Shown here: positions 62,476 to 64,000 of the stretch, in pieces
Numbering within the stretch: position 1 is the stretch's first letter
Layout of the letters: each line of letters begins with the position of its first letter
Translations under genes and position numbers: made by a program
The notes under the pieces: model-generated
What the model was told of the DNA's origin: nothing
Seen by the model: the letters and a program-made list of their open reading frames with translations, nothing else
The model's database searches: none
From: Psammoneis japonica
Taxonomy: Eukaryota
Direction: 5' to 3'
Length of the DNA stretch: 64,000 nt
NCBI GenBank assembly: GCA_008632985.1
Contig: QPGO01000286.1
Location: 1-64,000 of the forward strand

Positions 62476-63648
62476 CACCATGATGGCACCACCAACCAAC
62501 CCAGAAACTGCAACCTGAGGGCATTGGGGGTCTTTGGGGGTCCCCAGGTGACACTTTGGGAACTGTGGTTGAGCATTGCAAGGCTGTCCTGGCTTGTGCA
62601 GTTGTCGCCCAGTCACGTCATCTCACAAAGGAAGAGACTTGAATCCCAGCTCAGCAGCAAAAGCAGGTGACACTTTAAGAGCTGTGGGCAAAGAGCATTG
62701 CAAAGTGCCCCTCTTGAACAGCTGCAGCCCTCAGTCACTTTTTCCCGCAAAGGATGAGACTTGAACATCCCAACTCCACAGAGTGAAAGGACACCGTGAT
62801 GGGGCGACCAACCAACTCAACAACTGCAGCCTGAAGGCATTGGGCTGAGCATGAAAAAAGTGAAGTCTGCAGATTTTTGAGAGAAAAGGCTCTCCCAAGA
62901 CAGAGATTCCAGCCACCCCCGCCACTGCACCACACTTTGCACCGATTTGTGTTCCAGTTCCTGTCAATCCATTCTGCTGGACAGCCAGATCTCACACAAA
63001 AATTGTGCCACTGAGCACGGGTGTGATTTCCATCATCTTTCCCAAAACAAACTTGCTGGGAGTGTTGTGGTTCCAGCCTTTGTTCTGTCTTGAGTTGGGA
63101 CCAAGATGGAAGGCGGGAAATGGGGGGCAAGCCGTCCTTTCTTCACGCGACATTGCCGTTTTCTACTTTTACAGCAGCGCAACAAAAAATCCGACCGCCG
63201 TTCACCACAAACAGATCCGACAGCCTCACACAAGAGGTCTGTTGCCCCTGCATACTGACCGCTGTTTAAATGTTTTCGCATCATTTGCTTTTACCGGTAC
63301 ACAATGTCTCACATCTGTTATGAGGCGTTTTGTGCGCGGCCGTCAAGGCTCCGCATCTCAATCTGTTGCGACACGGCATCACGCCCATGAGGCATCTGAA
63401 TGACTCCAGCTCTTGAATTTTTGTTTGAAGACGCGACCAATCGCGCTAATACATCTAATGCTCTATCCGCGATGCTTTCAATCATGGATCGAGCGAACGA
63501 TCGACACTCGACGAGCGGCGAATCAATTCAAGCACGAACGATCCGAGCTGTTGCACAACACGCTTCTCACTCTGAACAAGACACATGCACGAATGAGTGA
63601 CAGCTGAACGTCAGTGCGCTGCTCAATCCTAACAACACCAAAGCAGCC

Positions 63649-64000
63649 ATGAGTCGTTCGAGCAAGACCCACCAGCCGAAAGCGAACAAAGGCAGGCATA
63701 GTGGTAGAACAAGGCAAGAATCAGAAGATCAAAAGCAAGAGGAACAGACGGAAGAAGTAGATATGACGGCCAATCATGGTTCTCTTAGAACGCAGATACG
63801 CCGCAAGCATCATCGCGAACACTGTCGTGCCCAACGTCATCGTCGAGAGCAAGCGCAACAGCAAGAAGAAGAAAGGGAAGTAGAGGGCGAGGATCATCTG
63901 CGAGAACACGGGCAACAGGAAGCTCAACCAGACAATCCAGGAATCGCCCCTGGTGCTTTTCACGTAAACCGAAATGGGCAGGTCCGACGCAGTAGAGGAG
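63649..64000 (+). CDS. 5' part of a host gene (hydrophilic N-terminus with PGAF motif), running off the window
   Basis: Open frame from ATG 63649 (MSRSSKTH...PGIAPGAFHV) to the window end; normal composition. Confidence 0.55.
   Translation, partial: MSRSSKTHQPKANKGRHSGRTRQESEDQKQEEQTEEVDMTANHGSLRTQIRRKHHREHCRAQRHRREQAQQQEEEREVEGEDHLREHGQQEAQPDNPGIAPGAFHVNRNGQVRRSRG

Noticed and set aside
1..63400. Hundreds of overlapping Cys/His-rich ORFs in all six frames
   Set aside because: An artefact of TpA loss removing TAA/TAG stops and turning Tyr into Cys/His. They are not real genes or metal-binding proteins.
63721..63963. Minus-strand hydrophobic 80-aa ORF
   Set aside because: Probably the antisense shadow of the purine-rich plus-strand frame starting at 63649.
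1..64000. Alternative genetic code
   Set aside because: Host genes in the same window use Tyr codons and standard stops normally, and the bias also affects non-coding repeats.

Overview
Eukaryotic nuclear DNA, most likely a diatom (CoDi-type Copia proteins, an RNase H-bearing LINE, ~90-bp GT-AG introns). Most of the window is nested transposons: three Copia LTR copies with gag/pol remnants, four copies of a ~390-bp MITE with 4-bp TSDs, a TTAA foldback element, a MULE transposase, an intron-containing Crypton split by a LINE, and a structurally complete Ngaro/PAT-type tyrosine-recombinase retrotransposon with A-[ORFs]-B-A-B split repeats. A few ordinary host genes lie between them (EamA transporter, Kelch-like protein, coiled-coil protein, kinase pseudogene). 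The main signal is a repeat-restricted, double-stranded TpA->TpG/CpA (A:T->G:C) hypermutation, on top of CpG decay. It shows directly in paired LTRs, TIR arms, split repeats and TSDs. It converts Tyr codons, including predicted catalytic ones, to Cys/His without creating stops, and it largely spares host genes. This looks like a RIP-like genome-defence process with a different chemistry. All alignments were done by eye; no counts or database searches were run.
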